A stretch of 64,000 nt of DNA from Amphiscolops sp. MND2022 (GCA_964187785.1 OZ076409.1:29080001-29144000); one strand, 5' to 3'; numbered from the stretch's first letter, positions 47,977 to 61,903 are shown. The notes: generated by a model from the letters alone, not told the origin. A program made the numbers and translations.

Positions 47977-48599
47977 TAAGTGGTGCAGAAAGGCCGTTTC
48001 ATCTGAAAGGCTGCTAGGGGCTTCATGGACTTCCTGTTGTCGCGTGGCGTCTACTTCTTGTATAGTTGCCTCAAAATTTGGCTGCCAAAGATCAATGAGG
48101 GCCCGAGACAGTATATTGTCCTAAATGTCTGGGTCGTCCTCGTCATCAGTTGGAGGGTAATCTTCGTTTCGAAATTGTAAATTAGTTTTGTCATATAGTT
48201 CTTCGTCCCAGTACGGGTCTTTGCCATACTCGGGGTCATAGTATTGAGGGTTATAATCTTTGACAGTTTGTAAAGGGCGAAAGTGAAGTCCTGAAACATT
48301 GTCGTGGCTAGTACGCCTATATTAAGTATGGGTGGTCACTATGGATAATATGCTGAGTTTCCATACGGGCGATGGCCATCTGCTGCTGCCAGACAGTCGA
48401 TGGTATCCCTGTGGTGTCATTTTGAGATTGTTGATAAGTAATGTTTGGTGGGTCAGATTTGACATATTGTCGTACCGACATTTGGTCGTTCATTTGGAGC
48501 CGTGGCAATATTCAGTTTTTTGAATCGCTTTTTCGAGAAGATCATTGGCCTGAAGATGTGGTTTCGGGATTTATTGACTTCTTGGATGATTTTTCGTCT

Positions 48600-50317
48600 C
48601 CGGAGATTTCCTCGGCCTTATCTTCAGGTCGTGTCCTTTTGGGACGTAGATGTGCTCCTGCCCCTTTCTAGCACCTCTCAGCTGGGTTATTTTTCTTGTC
48701 ACAAGTAGGGCATTCTGGGTATGTAGAGCGTTGGGGCTTTTTGCCATTTTTGTCCTCCAATTCCTTCTTCTTTTTCAGTTTGGGGCAGCTCTTATAGAAG
48801 TGACCTGTGGCTTTGCAACAAGAGCATTGTGTGTCTTTATTGGTATTTATGCCATTCGACACCAAATTGTTGTTGCTGGTGGACGCAGAGGCCATGGTGG
48901 CCATTGGTAAGTCGTCAGACTCTTCCAATGCATTGAGTTCGAGCTCTCTTTCAAGATGTGCGACAATTTCTTCATATGTTTCATTCTCCAGGCGGGCCAT
49001 GTTGACAGATCGTTTTAATTTTGGAGGGAGTTTTGCGTATAACAAGCTGTCAATCATACTTTTGACATTTTCACCAAATGCTTTTTCTGCCCCCTGATTC
49101 AGTTCTTCCATGAAATCTGGCAATTTCATGGTGTTCGGGTCAAAAGTCAGCCGATGCCATTTGTGTTTTGCCGTTGCTTGGGACTCCGGTTTTACATATT
49201 TCTTCCGGAATATGACTAACACTTCTTCTAGCGTTTGGCGGTTCGTGGAATTTATATTCCTAAATGTCTGCAAGGCCCTTTTCCTGAGCAAAGAATGAAA
49301 GTGGTTAATTTTCATCTGCTCGGTCATGGTCGGTTGCATTTTAATCATTGTATGGAATAAATCTTCAAAGAGCTCGAATTTCTCGCTTTTTCAATCGAAC
49401 GTCATAGGTGTAGTTTGGACTGGCCGGATAGTCAACGTTTGAGGCTTGTTTTGCAGGTTGACCAAGTCGTCGGCCAACCTATTCAAAGGATCCTGAGGAG
49501 TCTCAGGGGCCTCTGGTTCTGGGGCTGGCAGAGTTGTGTCCAAAGAGACATTGTGGTTAGATTGCTGTCTCTCCAGGTTCGGGATTGAGTGGATTCGTCC
49601 AGTGAGAAAATCGGGTATAGACTGTTGGGCTTCGTTAGCTCCTGTCACCATGTAAGAGCCACGTCCTGTGGTGTCTCTCAAATCACCAACGGACCGTGAG
49701 TCCTTTTTCGTTCTTTTAGATTTCAAGCCGGATGAATGTTCCCTGATCTCCTGACTACTTGGTGAAATACTGACCTCAGTGTCCCTATTTCCTGAAGATG
49801 ACATTGAACTAACAATGTTCTGAATCTCTGGTATAACTTTCTCTGATATAGCAGTGTTGATTGCACTATTTATCTGATTATGGACCATGCACATCATGGA
49901 ATCCATTTCTTGAGACAAACTAAGATTAAACTCGTTTGAGAAAGTTTCGAAAGACTGTCTAACGTCATTTCGCCCAATAGGTTCGTTTTCTTGTGCAAAT
50001 TTTCCATAGTTGCCCCTGTGGTACCCATTGTCCTCGGTGTCTCCTGGGACGGAGGACTGTTCAATTTCATCTGCTAATTCCCTCTCTATAGGGTTTTCTC
50101 CTGCACTTCCCAGCATTATGTCTAGGTTATCTATATCAGACATCATGTCTAATTCTCTCGATTTCCTAGCTTTAGCTTTCCGTCTTCTTGTGGAAGGCAT
50201 AAATGATTCTATTGGGTAAATATTTGAATTATCCCAATAAACTTTACCAACAAAAATTGATAGTACTTGTTCACAGTGTACAAAAGGTAAAATACTGCTT
50301 TCGGTGAAGGTTCTCAT
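48600..50317 (-). pseudogene. gag: gag of C, starting inside the 5' LTR
   Basis: ORFs 49391-50317 and 48668-49348 are separated by one in-frame TGA; two degenerate CCHC knuckles; likely ATG at MPSTRR near 50200. Confidence 0.85.
49639..49650 (-). promoter_or_regulatory. PBS of C
   Basis: TGGTGACAGGAG directly after the LTR-terminal CA; resembles a tRNA-Leu-type PBS with one mismatch, so the tRNA identity is uncertain. Confidence 0.65.
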
Positions 50318-51209
50318 TATTGTGTCCCAAGGACCACGAGCACCTTGTTTATTTATCCATGGTAGGGTGACAGCTCAAATTCAGAGCGTCATGAAACTAT
50401 TTTTAGAATCAGCGAGTTATAAATAGTATTATGTCATAACACCGTGGTCTAAAAATAGACATCAAAGCCTGTCGGCTTGGGTTGTTCATGTGGACTCAAT
50501 GTCCTCATCATAACATCATCAACGCAACGTTACATATTTTACATGTATGTTTAAACTTTCATGTCAACTAACATACAGCATGGTGTTTAGCCCTGTAAGT
50601 CCGGGGTGTATGAAATAGCATCACTACATGATTATAATTGCACCTTTATTAGCGCCATAAATTACGTCCTCGTTGTCCACTTTGACATGAAAGGACCAAT
50701 ATATAGAAGCATTAAAGGGGATGCTTGGCAAATCAGACTAGCAGTCCTTTAATTACTACTAAGCAAACTGATAGATAAAGGCCGAGTACGGCAGTCATAC
50801 AAAGCCGCGCCATACTAGAATGAATGAATTAATCAACTACTGCGCTGTGATTGGTCGATTTAATATTTGGACCAGTTGTCCTCAACGACAGGAGAGGAAA
50901 CATTTGAACTCGTTTCCTCTACCTGTACGCCTTGGTGGCCAATTATTAATTTATTCAATCAATTTTACACGTTGAAATGTAACTAATATAACACAACAAC
51001 TAAATAGATATAGCTACATGTTTGAAAATAACAGTACAAAAATAGTTTTGCTGTAAAAGTTTTAGTCTTGTTTTACTTTAATTTCTGGGCCTGATTGTCG
51101 CGCCTGATCTGTGATCTTCCTTAGTTGAGGGGGATTGTTCCCGGCAATACTCTGTCGTAACCATAGGCTACTGAGTACCAGTTGCCATCGCAGGCGGCCG
51201 CCTGCGACA
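49651..51209 (-). repeat. 5' LTR of C (1,559 bp)
   Basis: Direct repeat of 35873-37236. Confidence 0.95.
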
Positions 51210-51315
51210 ATGATAGTTTAATTGTTTACGTTTTTTACATGTGCGAGTTAGATATGTGGCTTCTTAGCTTACGATTTGTGGCTTCTTAAATTCCCGACAA
51301 ACCTAACTTTACAAT

Positions 51316-51726
51316 TTATTTCTGAACCAATGTACCATAATGAGTTAAAAAAACTTGCATGGATAGAAATACAGTTGATGCGTCGAAAAATTGATCATTA
51401 CAGGATTTGGAATGTGCATGTACAACCCTGGTATGTGCCCCGTGATCCACAAGAAGCTCCTTGTAATTGGCGTAGTCGTTAATTGCCACAAAATACATTC
51501 CAAACTGTCTGTATGAAAGAAGAGGTTGTCGAAGCTTCTGAGAATCATCAAACAGAATGCATCCCAGCTGATTTTGATCTATTTTTGATAAATACGTGTT
51601 ACCAATAATAGGTGAGCTTTTCCACCGGCAAGGAAGTCTCGAGAAGACTTTGTGTTCTTGGTAAAGCAGCCACAAAATCATGGTGACCATGATTAGTACC
51701 ACTGTAAGTACCAACTCAAATATCAT
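51316..51726 (-). CDS. Probable cytochrome P450 N-terminal coding segment (host gene or pseudogene)
   Basis: N-terminal membrane anchor, then LP....SPIIGN hinge and FG.YFVAINDY..YKELLV, typical of microsomal CYP N-termini; heme motif not found. Confidence 0.55.
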   Translation of the reverse strand: MIFELVLTVVLIMVTMILWLLYQEHKVFSRLPCRWKSSPIIGNTYLSKIDQNQLGCILFDDSQKLRQPLLSYRQFGMYFVAINDYANYKELLVDHGAHTRVVHAHSKSCNDQFFDASTVFLSMQVFLTHYGTLVQK

Positions 51727-52272
51727 TGTTGCTGAGTCAGTATTGCTTTTATCTAAAACAAACAACATACACTATTTTCCACTTGAATCGATAACAGTTG
51801 ATAATGCGATGTTGATTCAAAAGTATAGTTTTCTTGGAAAACGAAAAACTTGGATTCACGAGTATCTTTTTCAAAAAGTTTATTTCGGGAATTCATGGCT
51901 CTTTCCTTTCCTACTCGCTTCCTGGACCCAATGCAAAGTACCATTTCCGAACTAACCAAATCATATAAACAACAAAGAGTCTCCCATTTCCAAATTTCAA
52001 CAAGAAATTGTTTCAATGAACTTTTTGTTCACATTTAATATCAAAATCCTCCATCAAAACGTATGGGCCCCTTTGGACATTAGGATGTCCTATTGGTGCT
52101 GTCAGACTGCGGGAACAATGTTGGAAGAAATGCGAATTATTAGACTCTCTCTTTTTTGCTCCCGAAATAGTTTCGCTTCAGCGAGGATAGTTTCGCTTCA
52201 AGTTGTACAAAATTGACAAGAAACTTTCACTTGTTTCGAAATTTAACACTAATCAGCTCGGTGTTTGTTTAA

Positions 52273-52301
52273 AACAAGACGGGAACGTCTAAAGTCGGCG
52301 C
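52273..52301 (+). repeat. Second Helentron/DINE-1-like terminus
   Basis: AACAAGACGGGAACGTCTAAAGTCGGCGC; short repeats of AGTTCGGATATAGC lie downstream at about 52407-52439. Confidence 0.45.
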
Positions 52302-52999
52302 AACATCTGAGGTTAAAAAAGCGCAGTTTTAAAATATGCGTAGCACGTTTTTATGAAAAACTCCTGTTTTCAAACCTTCGCCTCCTCCTTACTAAAACAC
52401 AATATAGTTCGGATATAGCCCTAAAAGTTCGGATATAGCGATTTGGTCTGGATATTAACAGGGAGAGTCTTATCAAAAATTACTTTCGAAAAAAGTATTA
52501 TTAAAAAACGATGCAGAAGAATTGCAAACAGATGAAAAAATACCCATATAGATGACTTTATTTCTACGGAAACTCCATCGATGAGCTGTAGGCACTTTCA
52601 ATGGTTTCGAAAATTTTTTTTCATCAAAGTACTTCATCAAGAAATGTAGCTCAATTAATTTTAACTAATTATACAGTTGTTTTTTCATCAATTCATAAAA
52701 TTAAAACAAAAAACATTATTTAAAGTCCAAATTATTTTTTTCTTGTGAGAGCAATTAGGAAGAACTTATTTTGAAGAAAAACAATAAACAATACTCCAAA
52801 GGTGGTTCGGTACCAGTGCGTAGAAAAGAATATATATATATATTGGAACCTATATTGGACAAAACAAACAACTTTTATACGAACTGCCAACTGTTTCAGA
52901 ACCGTTTCATTTTTGTGTTTGACATACAAGGTGTTTATCATTGTTTACAGTATTTGCAATATTCTCAGTTTTTTACTATGGTGGAAATGACAGTAACTG

Positions 53000-54620
53000 T
53001 CAATGAGTCATTGAGTTGTTTCCATTCAAGTTATTTTGTATAGACGAGAGCACCTTGTTTCAGTTAAATCCTTTCTGAGAAACACCCTTTTCAAGAAACT
53101 TGTTGCAATCGACATGGTTGGAAACTTTCCACGATTTGTGACAAACAATTTAACTAATTAGGATTTTCTGAAGAGTTTCATGTGATAGTGAGTCAAAAAG
53201 TTTTGATAGATCAAGTAGGACAGCACTGTACGATATTTCGTTCCTCGGTTTCGTGTTGCATTAATTCGATAAAATACAAATGATTATCGTGCGCAGAAAT
53301 TTTCGATGGAAAACTTATTCGAAACAGCGTCAGTTTCCCTCGAAAATTTGCGTGAGCCGTAATTCGTTTATGCAGACATTTCACGAGGATTTCAAAGAAA
53401 AGAGTAGTGATTGAAATGAGCGATATTCCAGCGGGTCCAAGATGTCATCTTTTTTAAAATACTGGTGTTTATACAGTCTTTTTTAACTTTGAGGAAAACA
53501 CACAAACTTTTATGTACTGATTCTTAGGAATCATATATGAGGGACTAGGATTTTTTGACCGTCATAAATTGCCCTGGTAGGTACTTCGCAAGAGCAATTG
53601 AGATTTTTTTTCATTTAGAAAATCATAACAACCTTTTCCTGTTGTTGGCCAGAAACTGAACCACTTATCGCCATCATTGAAAAATGCAGCTCTTGTATAA
53701 TTTCTACTGCAACCTTGACCCCGATGCACGAAGATGAAGTTTGAATGTTTGGCAATCAAATATCCAGAAGAATTGTCACAGCTGTAATGGTAACATATTG
53801 GTTTCGTCACCTTACGTTGTTTATTAAGTTTCATACTTTTCTGCGACACATGATAGTAGATAAACAGCTTTGTTGAACATTTCATTGCACTTGGGGAATG
53901 ATAGATTTTGAACCACGGAATTTCTGAGATTATTTGGCAGAAATAACCTCTTAGGTAATTTGACGTGCCTCATCGCGGAATTTCCATATACTTTTGTTTA
54001 GAGTAGATACATTCATGAATACAACAGAACTGAAGTGATCAGATTTGAAAAGAGTGCCAAAGACAAAAAATTTCTCCTCAGCAAAATTTTCAGCTTGTAT
54101 ATAATCAAAATGGGTTTTGGTGAACTTGCGTGCACTGATTGGTGAGTTTGGACAGGCTACAGAAAACCGGTACGGTATTACAACCGTATCCTGACTCATG
54201 CGAAGTGAGGTATTCCAAGTTATAGTCACCCATTAGCATTATTCCCAAGTCAGATTCACATGAAGCCGTATCAAGATTTGTCAAAAATTGTTCCAGGAAG
54301 TCAATTTGGTTTTTTTTTCAGGGGAGTGTATGTTGTATTCAAAAGTATTTTAGACCGAAAGATTCTCAAAAACTCAGAGCGACGTTCTACTCCTAACTTT
54401 TCACGTGTTGATTCAACTGAACGATTCAATTCGTTACGTTCCCTGGGAGCTAGTTCCAAGAGTGAAAAAAGCATGACTCCTCTGCCCTTCTTTTTCTCTC
54501 CGTTGAACTTCTGTCGCATCTAGAAATTTAATGAAATTTCGGAGCTACACTCTATGAAAAGATTTGCATATGTTTTTAATTACACCGTGGAATTTCAAAT
54601 GTTATATTTCTCAGAGAATT
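53000..54620 (-). mobile_element. Heavily decayed non-LTR retrotransposon ORF2 (APE endonuclease and RT start; CR1/L2-like)
   Basis: In order on the minus strand: KKGRGVML, TY.P, MLMGDYN, THFDYI, KSDHF (APE), then GISLIS..FE and LLDLSKLFDSLSH (RT). Confidence 0.7.
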
Positions 54621-57600
54621 TGACAAAGTTTTAGTAGTTCATTTCAGTACTCAAATTAATGTCACCGCAGAGCAAATGTTTCGCATACGAAAGAAAAATT
54701 ACTTTGTCAGATATCGCAACCTCTCAACATTCGCGCTCAAATTTTTCAAATTATTGCATGCACTGTTAAGTAGTTCAGCGTCTAACTTTTAAGGTTCTAG
54801 TGTCTTTCAAAAACCAATATTCATCGTCATTCTCGGATAAGCTTCATCGTCATTCTTGCATAAAGTCATTTCTTCATTTACAGTTAGCACACAGCGGACA
54901 TTATCATTTATCCTCAATCCACATGTTACTTTAGCACGAACGGAGGGGGTAGAAAAATTTGGAGGAAGGTGTGTTTCAAATTTTTTTTTTGATACTCATC
55001 AGCTGATGTTTAAATTCTCGGCAAACAAATTTAGTGCAAACCTATTTATCTCATCTAGAACTTTTCAAAGAATTCATCTCCGGAAATAGTTTTAATCGAA
55101 AACAAAAAAGGACTGTAAATTTTTGGAAAACTTTAAGTTTTTGAAATTACTCTGCTGTGTTTCGAGGCACGTTTGTAACAAGGCTTTGCAAATTTTTTTT
55201 CGAAAAAACGTACCGGAAAACTTTTTCACTCTTCGTTAAGTTTTCAGCATTGTAACAACAAAATATTTCCAAAAAATGCAGAAAAGTACATTAGTTTGAA
55301 AAAGTGTGGAGTGATTCTGATGCCTTTTCAACAGAAAAATGTCTCCTCTGAAAACAAACGGCATAGGAAATTGTTTTTGAGTGTTCTTATCCACGAGTTC
55401 GTTCGAACTTGTCCTAAAAGTTGAAAAAAATCAAATAGAAAATTTTGAGTTTTTAACTAGTTTGAGGCCATTTTGATATCAAAAAGCCCACCTGATATTG
55501 CGTTCGTTTGATTTTGATTTCTAAATATTCTTTCGCACGAAGTTTGTTTAAAATTCCTTCAAATTTGCTATGGAAAAACCTCAACTTTGAATATTTTTTG
55601 AATTTCAACTACATTGGGTCAATATGAGGTGTTGTTCTACGTGAAAAACTGCCACTTTTTGTTCTCCAGGGCTAGTTATTCCGTCTGGAATTTTTTGGAC
55701 CTTTAAACTTGCGAAATTTCTATCTTAAAATTGTTTACACAATCATCAAAATCTTCGGATTTTTGCATACTTTCGACTTTTTTGCGGTTAATTCTAAGCA
55801 ATTTCTCTCGTAAGTTAGCAAGTATCTTTTCAGAACGCTTCTTGCATGACAAGTACAATCGTGCTTCAACATTGTTACTTTTCTGTTGGAGTTTTTGGAT
55901 TTTAAGGCTCTGTTGAAATCGTTTGTAGTGTTTTTGAAGCAAAAAGCTGCAACGTTCTCTGCAAAAAGCGTACTTCATACCCAAGAAAGTCCAATCTCTA
56001 CGAATCTCTTAACAAAGACATGTCGCATGAAACTAAATTTGTCAGTTGATTTCCCCGGCTGACACCATTCAATTTCAATGTAAATATAAACGGCAAACTT
56101 TGGAAAAAGGTGGATTTAAATATTTTTCTCATATCAAATATGGGCGGAAAATTGCAAGTCAAAATTTTTGAAAAACCTTTCAAAATGATGTGAATCGTTT
56201 TTTTTCTGAATAGCTACTGCATCAGTTATTAATTGCTCATCAATTTTCAGTTAGACTGACATGTCCGGAAAGAGGATTTCACTATTTTCGCTCCCATTTA
56301 AGATATGTCGTGTTTTGGCTGGTTTGGTCAAATATTCCCACAAGAAATTAACCCGGGAAAGTTGACACGCCAAATTGAAAAATTTTTCCCAAAGTCAGAA
56401 ATGCCGAAATAAAATTGTTTCAACTCTTTTAGGCGTCAGATACTATTCAATTGTGGAATTACATCTTAGGCGTTAGATCTTAAAAGCTCTCCCTTTTATC
56501 TGTAGCACGAAAGTAAATTAATTTTTCTTCAAATGAAATTGCTTCCTTTTGGTTTTAGAAGTTGTTATGCCATCTTGTTTTACGGATATTGTGTTATATT
56601 TTTTCCATCAGACTTTGACTCAATTGGGAAATCGCATTTAGTGTCTGGGTGGAAAATTGGAAAAACTATGAGCCTAATCGTATACACGACAAGCAAATGT
56701 GCTAACCTGCTGCAGAAAATTCCAAATTTTACAAGTTTGTGAGCACAATTTGTTCAGTTATGAAGGACAATCAATAAAAGTGAACTTTCAATACAAACTG
56801 TATCGAACTGAATGTTGTACTTCGAGCTGAACCACAAATGTAATAGAGGAGCTTCAACCCTGAGAGTGAACTAAATTCTCTATTCTGCTCAAAATGAAAC
56901 TTTTGGTTACAATGCTAGTTTGCAAGACAAGTTTCAACTTGCAAGTCTGACAGAGATGAGAGATACATTTGAACACAATGGTGTCATTGATTGCTAGAGT
57001 ACTTACTCCTTAACTTCGCAGTCGATACAATTTTTTGAGCTAATTAAAATTTCGAAAAGAAAACTTAAACCTCATGGGTATTGTGAAAAAGTATTCGGAA
57101 TGATGAATAAGTAATTTTTCAAGAAGTTGCATCAGCTTCCGAATGTCTTCGCATTTAACAGGGATCAATCGAAAACCTTTAGTATCAGGTCTTATGGTTC
57201 AAATTTTAATGAAATTACGGAGTTTAGATTCCTAGTATACCATCAAATCGCCATCAGCAGGACTGGGCTACGCATTAAGAACTTATGGGATCTCAGAATG
57301 GTAACTTTATTCTCCGATCTTTACTTACTTTCTGAGGCTTTTGTACGTTAAAATAATTACTGATTGTTGAGAAGAAGGTGTAGAATAAATAGGTTTTAGG
57401 TTACTTGCAGTTACAGTATTGCCTAGAATGCTGATTTACCCACCACCTCTAAAATTATTCTTCTACCAGCTTCTGTTTCTCGCCCTTCTTCTCCTCTCGC
57501 TCCTTCAGCTTCTCGTTGCTGGTATCCACAAATTCCTGCAACAACCAAAGTGCTACCAGCTGATAGATCGAACGGATATAACTGGAACCTTATTGTTTTG

Positions 57601-57991
57601 GTTTGTCACTTTTGTAGTTGCAAAACAAAGCGATTGGCGTGGATGAATGGATTAATTGAGAACTTGAAACTTGTTGCTTTTTGATTTTATAATTTTAGTC
57701 AAGTTGCTCAGAACTCATTCTCATTATGAATATTTAATCCTAATTGGATCGACCGTGAACGATTGAAGATTCACACGAATTTCATGAATTCAGATGTTGT
57801 GCTTTGCTGCACATTTAAGTTTACGTAATAGCCAGGTGAACTTTATACGCCCACTTATAACTACACACTAGACCCAAAATTGAAGACATATTTCCACTCT
57901 CCAACTTGAAAATCATATTAAATCTTTCACTGGCTGTCTGAGTAAATCCATCTACCTCAAAATGAACTATTTTAATATTTTCACAATAAGT

Positions 57992-58711
57992 TGTAACGTC
58001 CACCAGTCAACACCAAATTTTCGATGAAAAATTCGATCAAGAACCAGAAAATGTGCGAATCAAAATGGCCGACCTGGCAGGTCGTTGAAACCCAAAAATG
58101 AAAAAAAAGAACACGCGAACAGGAAGAACAACAGGAGATGATAAAGAAAGGAAGCAAAACGACTGTTGACATGAAGATTCACTCGGTGCAGAATACGACG
58201 AACGCTACCCGGTGCTATGCCATCCCTCTGGGAGAGAAAGCAGAACTGTTCTAGAATGGCATGACTGGATCCCCGAAAATCTACAAACAGTAACTGTATT
58301 CTCACTTGGGGCTTATCCCCCTTTAATTTGTTAATTTATAATGCACTTTGTTATTTCCCCCATGCCTGACCTTCTAGGTCAGCATTTCATGTCCATAACT
58401 GTCGAAATGACATTTTTCGGATAAACATCTTTTTGGACCTCGGAAGTATGTAGGAGATGGCGGGAACGCGCTAAAAACCTTAGGATTTGTTTTTACAGGC
58501 TTGTGGGGCGTGTCCGGACTTTGAGAGTGCCGGCACGTCGCCTCGGAGCTCTAACTAGAGGAGCCTCCTTAGACGTTAGAAAAGTCCCCCATGGAGACCA
58601 TTTTGGGATCAAAAACTAGTGTTTAGGAGTGTAGTAAGACAACGGTCTCCTGTTTAAGCACCCTAGGCATTGTCCCTCTTCCTAGATGTGCGCCGCTAGC
58701 CGGACGTTACA
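57992..58711 (+). repeat. 5' LTR of D (720 bp)
   Basis: Perfect 10-bp terminal inverted repeat TGTAACGTCC...GGACGTTACA, length similar to the A and B LTRs, PBS follows. Confidence 0.85.
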
Positions 58712-58727
58712 TCTGGAATAGTTTTTA

Positions 58728-58745
58728 TGGCGACCACAGAGGGAT
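58728..58745 (+). promoter_or_regulatory. PBS of D, tRNA-Arg-like
   Basis: TGGCGACCACAGAGGGAT, identical to B. Confidence 0.8.
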
Positions 58746-61700
58746 ATTTTTCAAGGATAATTTTCCTTACCGCGTCCTGCGAGGAGCAACTCCTGCTTTC
58801 CGGCCCTGAAAGGTCCGGATCTAGGAGAAGCTTTTGGGAGAGTCCTAGATTGTTTTTACTGCTTTATTCTAGCCCTTTGGGCCTTGTATTAGTGTTTTTC
58901 CTGCGTTTCCTGCATGTTTCCGAGGTCCCAAGCCTGAAAAAGACAGTTTGAAACGGTGTACCCCCTTGTACCTTATCTGTACTTGTTAAAAAAGCTATTC
59001 CGGCTTATCCGGAACGTGTTTTAACGGGTTTTCCAGCTTCTTTTCAGCTAATTGGCAATGTACAGGGACTGCGAGGACGGTTTGTGAAGACCCGAGCTAG
59101 CTGAGTGCAGGACTGCAGGTGCTTCACCTCATAGCCTCTTCCTCCCCACATGGTGCCGATTCACCGAAGACAGCTGGGTTATTTCGTTCCCTTTACGTTT
59201 TCTAGCCCAAAATTAGTATTCCCAGGCCTGTTTTTGCATAAATTAACTGTGAAAAATACCCACAGGGTATTTGCATCAGTTATTTTAGGGACTTGAGCTC
59301 GAAAACGCCAAAAATAACACTAATAACAGCTCAAATATCGAATTTTCCCGTTTTGAAAGCCAGAATTTTATAAAACTGTGTACGCCCTGTGGGAATACCT
59401 GAAAAACGTTCTGTCGGACCTACCAGGTCGAGAACAAAAAATTTTGTTGGGCTGTTTTTCAAAAAAACATGAAAATTTCAGCAATTTTTGTTCAAAAATC
59501 GGCAAAATTGGCCATTTTGACCAATTTTGGCAAGGGCGAAGCCTTGGGCGTTTGTTCCCAAGCCTCTTGAAAGGCCCAAAAATTTTGTAGTTGAGCTTGG
59601 TAGTATGCAACACTACTACCAAGACGGTTTTTGACTGCCCCGAATATAAATTGAAGTTTTAACATCACTTTTCTTCCATTAAAATAGACCTGAGTAAAGG
59701 ACCCCATAGACCTGAGAGTTATTACATCAAAACCATCAAAACTAATTATTGAAACAACCCCATTCCCCTAAATAAAGTTGTTAAACCTTCTAACACTACT
59801 GTTAGAACTATTCGGAACGTCTGAAAACAAAGAAATAAAAATTTCTTGGTGAAAATACGCATTTTCCGTACTGTTCCGAGAGTGTCAAAGGTGCAACTTA
59901 AAGTTTATTTTGAGAGACCTTATTTGGAACCTACCAGGTTTCGCTTGCCTATTTTCCGTTAGTATAGGGTACAACGTTGCAAACGCAGAAAACCGCAAGT
60001 GATTCCAACTAGTAGTTGCCGAGAAATAGCCAAAAACGTGTTATTTTTGTGACATTTTCGGAATACTGGAGTAGTGCTTCCAGTACAGGTCGAATTCTCT
60101 CCTAGTGGAAGCAGTCTCAAACGGATAGCACCATCGTGTAAACCGCAAAAAGTTACGTTAGTGGTGTAATTTTCGTAGCGCTACCATTACTAGTGATCGA
60201 GAATTCTTAGCCGCAGTTTTGCTCAAAAATGATCCGAAAATGTCGAAAAAATTGAATTTTAGTTGAGCATAGTGCAATACCTCGCAGGTACCCCAACACT
60301 AAAATTCTTGCATTTTCGTGCACACGGCACTGGATCACGACGATTTGTGCAATTTGAGCAGCCGGCTACTAGCCAAAGCTGAGAAATTAACATTTTTGTG
60401 ATTTTTGACCCGAAAAAGCGGTACCCCTGGTACATCAAGGTTTTGTCACTTCATATCGCCAGATATAAATCAAAGCACCTCGCCGCTGAATTTTTCCGTC
60501 GTGTAGGCATAAAGTACGCTCGCATGCGAAATTTCAGGTAGCTAGGACGCCTAGAAGGCGAGTTTGACCACTTTTTGTGAATTTCGCGACATAGTCAATT
60601 TTTCAGTGAACATTGTTAAGTGGCCGTGACACCCACCGGATCAATTTTAGCGCAATCGGAGGCTTGTTCCCCACGATTCAGCCAGTGTATTAGACGGTGT
60701 GAAATTTTCAGGTCGCTAGTACCACTAGAAGTGATTTTCACCTTCCCCGGAGGTGCTACTTGATGAGAAAAACAATATTTTGAGTGAATTTCAACTGAAA
60801 ACCCATGCATTTCTAGTCCTGATGCACCTCATTCAGGGCTGAAACGACCTGTTTAGCGCATCGAGCAAATCCCACACGTCTTACTGAATTTATAAAATCC
60901 GTGTAGGGTTAGCCCCAAGATCAACGACCTTCCACTAAACACTCTACGAGACCAAGAGACGGTAACTCCAAAAACCGAAATTCGTTTCTTGCCCGCCACC
61001 AAAGTCGCCTAGGTGCAATTTGCTCGCCATAACCACCCATACTCTGCGCCTCGTATACCCTGAGGGTGCGAGAGTGTGCCCGGGAGCACCAAAACAGTCA
61101 CAGACCAGGTTTGCGGAACGCGTAGAGAAACTAGAACAAGGACAGAGGAGATCATCCATATCGTTGTAACCTTTTTACCCACGAGCCATGAAGCCATAGA
61201 CCAGGTCACCACTTGATACTCAACCCACACGTTCCCAATCAAACCCCAGATCATTCCCAATCCATTGCCCACCCATTGTTCCCGAACCAACCTCCTCGCA
61301 CAAGCAAAAAAAAACTTAAAGTGACCCCCACTGCGCTCCGCGCAAGGGATACAGCAGATACCCAGATACCCTCGCTGACGAGTTTGAAGCTAACCCAACA
61401 ACTTTCAGTTCACGGCAGCAGCAAGGCCTGCGGTCACCTAAAAGTAGAAGCCAATCTAGCGTATAGTAATCCGTAGTAGTGATCAAAAAAAAAAACTAAA
61501 AAATTTTTGTTAAGAAAGTCAAACCTTCTAAGTGAGGAAAAAGCAGACGAAATTTTAGTTAACCAAACCAGCGATAGTGTGCCTAGTGCACTCCAAAAGT
61601 GTAGGAAGCAATTCAAGCCCATTTAGCAAGTCTCTACCCCAATACACAAAAGACCGGTAACGCCGAGTGGCAAAGCGCGCCAAATAGCTTAGTTAGTTAG

Positions 61701-61903
61701 TTAGTCAGTGCAGTTTAGATAGTAGCTTTTTGAGTTATTTAGCCAAAGCAAACCCTCCCCATTCCATCATTTACCACTTGTTTTGTGGGGGGAAGGGAGT
61801 AGAGAAAAGCCAAAAATCAAAAAAAAATTTTTTTGTTGTTGTTGTCGGCCACATCGTGGAAGCTTCGCACGCAGTGGAAGCTAAAATATTACATTCCGTA
61901 GCC

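Larger units (their letters stand above)
35873..51209 (-). mobile_element. Full-length Ty3/Gypsy LTR retrotransposon C (15,337 bp, decayed), different lineage from A/B/D
   Basis: LTR pair TGTCGCA...CTTACA, ATGAT target-site duplication (35868-35872 and 51210-51214), PBS, PPT, gag and pol. Confidence 0.97.

Noticed and set aside
55703..55984. Coiled-coil ORF as LINE ORF1
   Set aside because: Position fits the decayed LINE but there is no diagnostic motif
57127..57351. Possible APE endonuclease N-terminus of another LINE (SIRSYGSNFNEI..IAISRTGL)
   Set aside because: Too degenerate and no downstream motifs found
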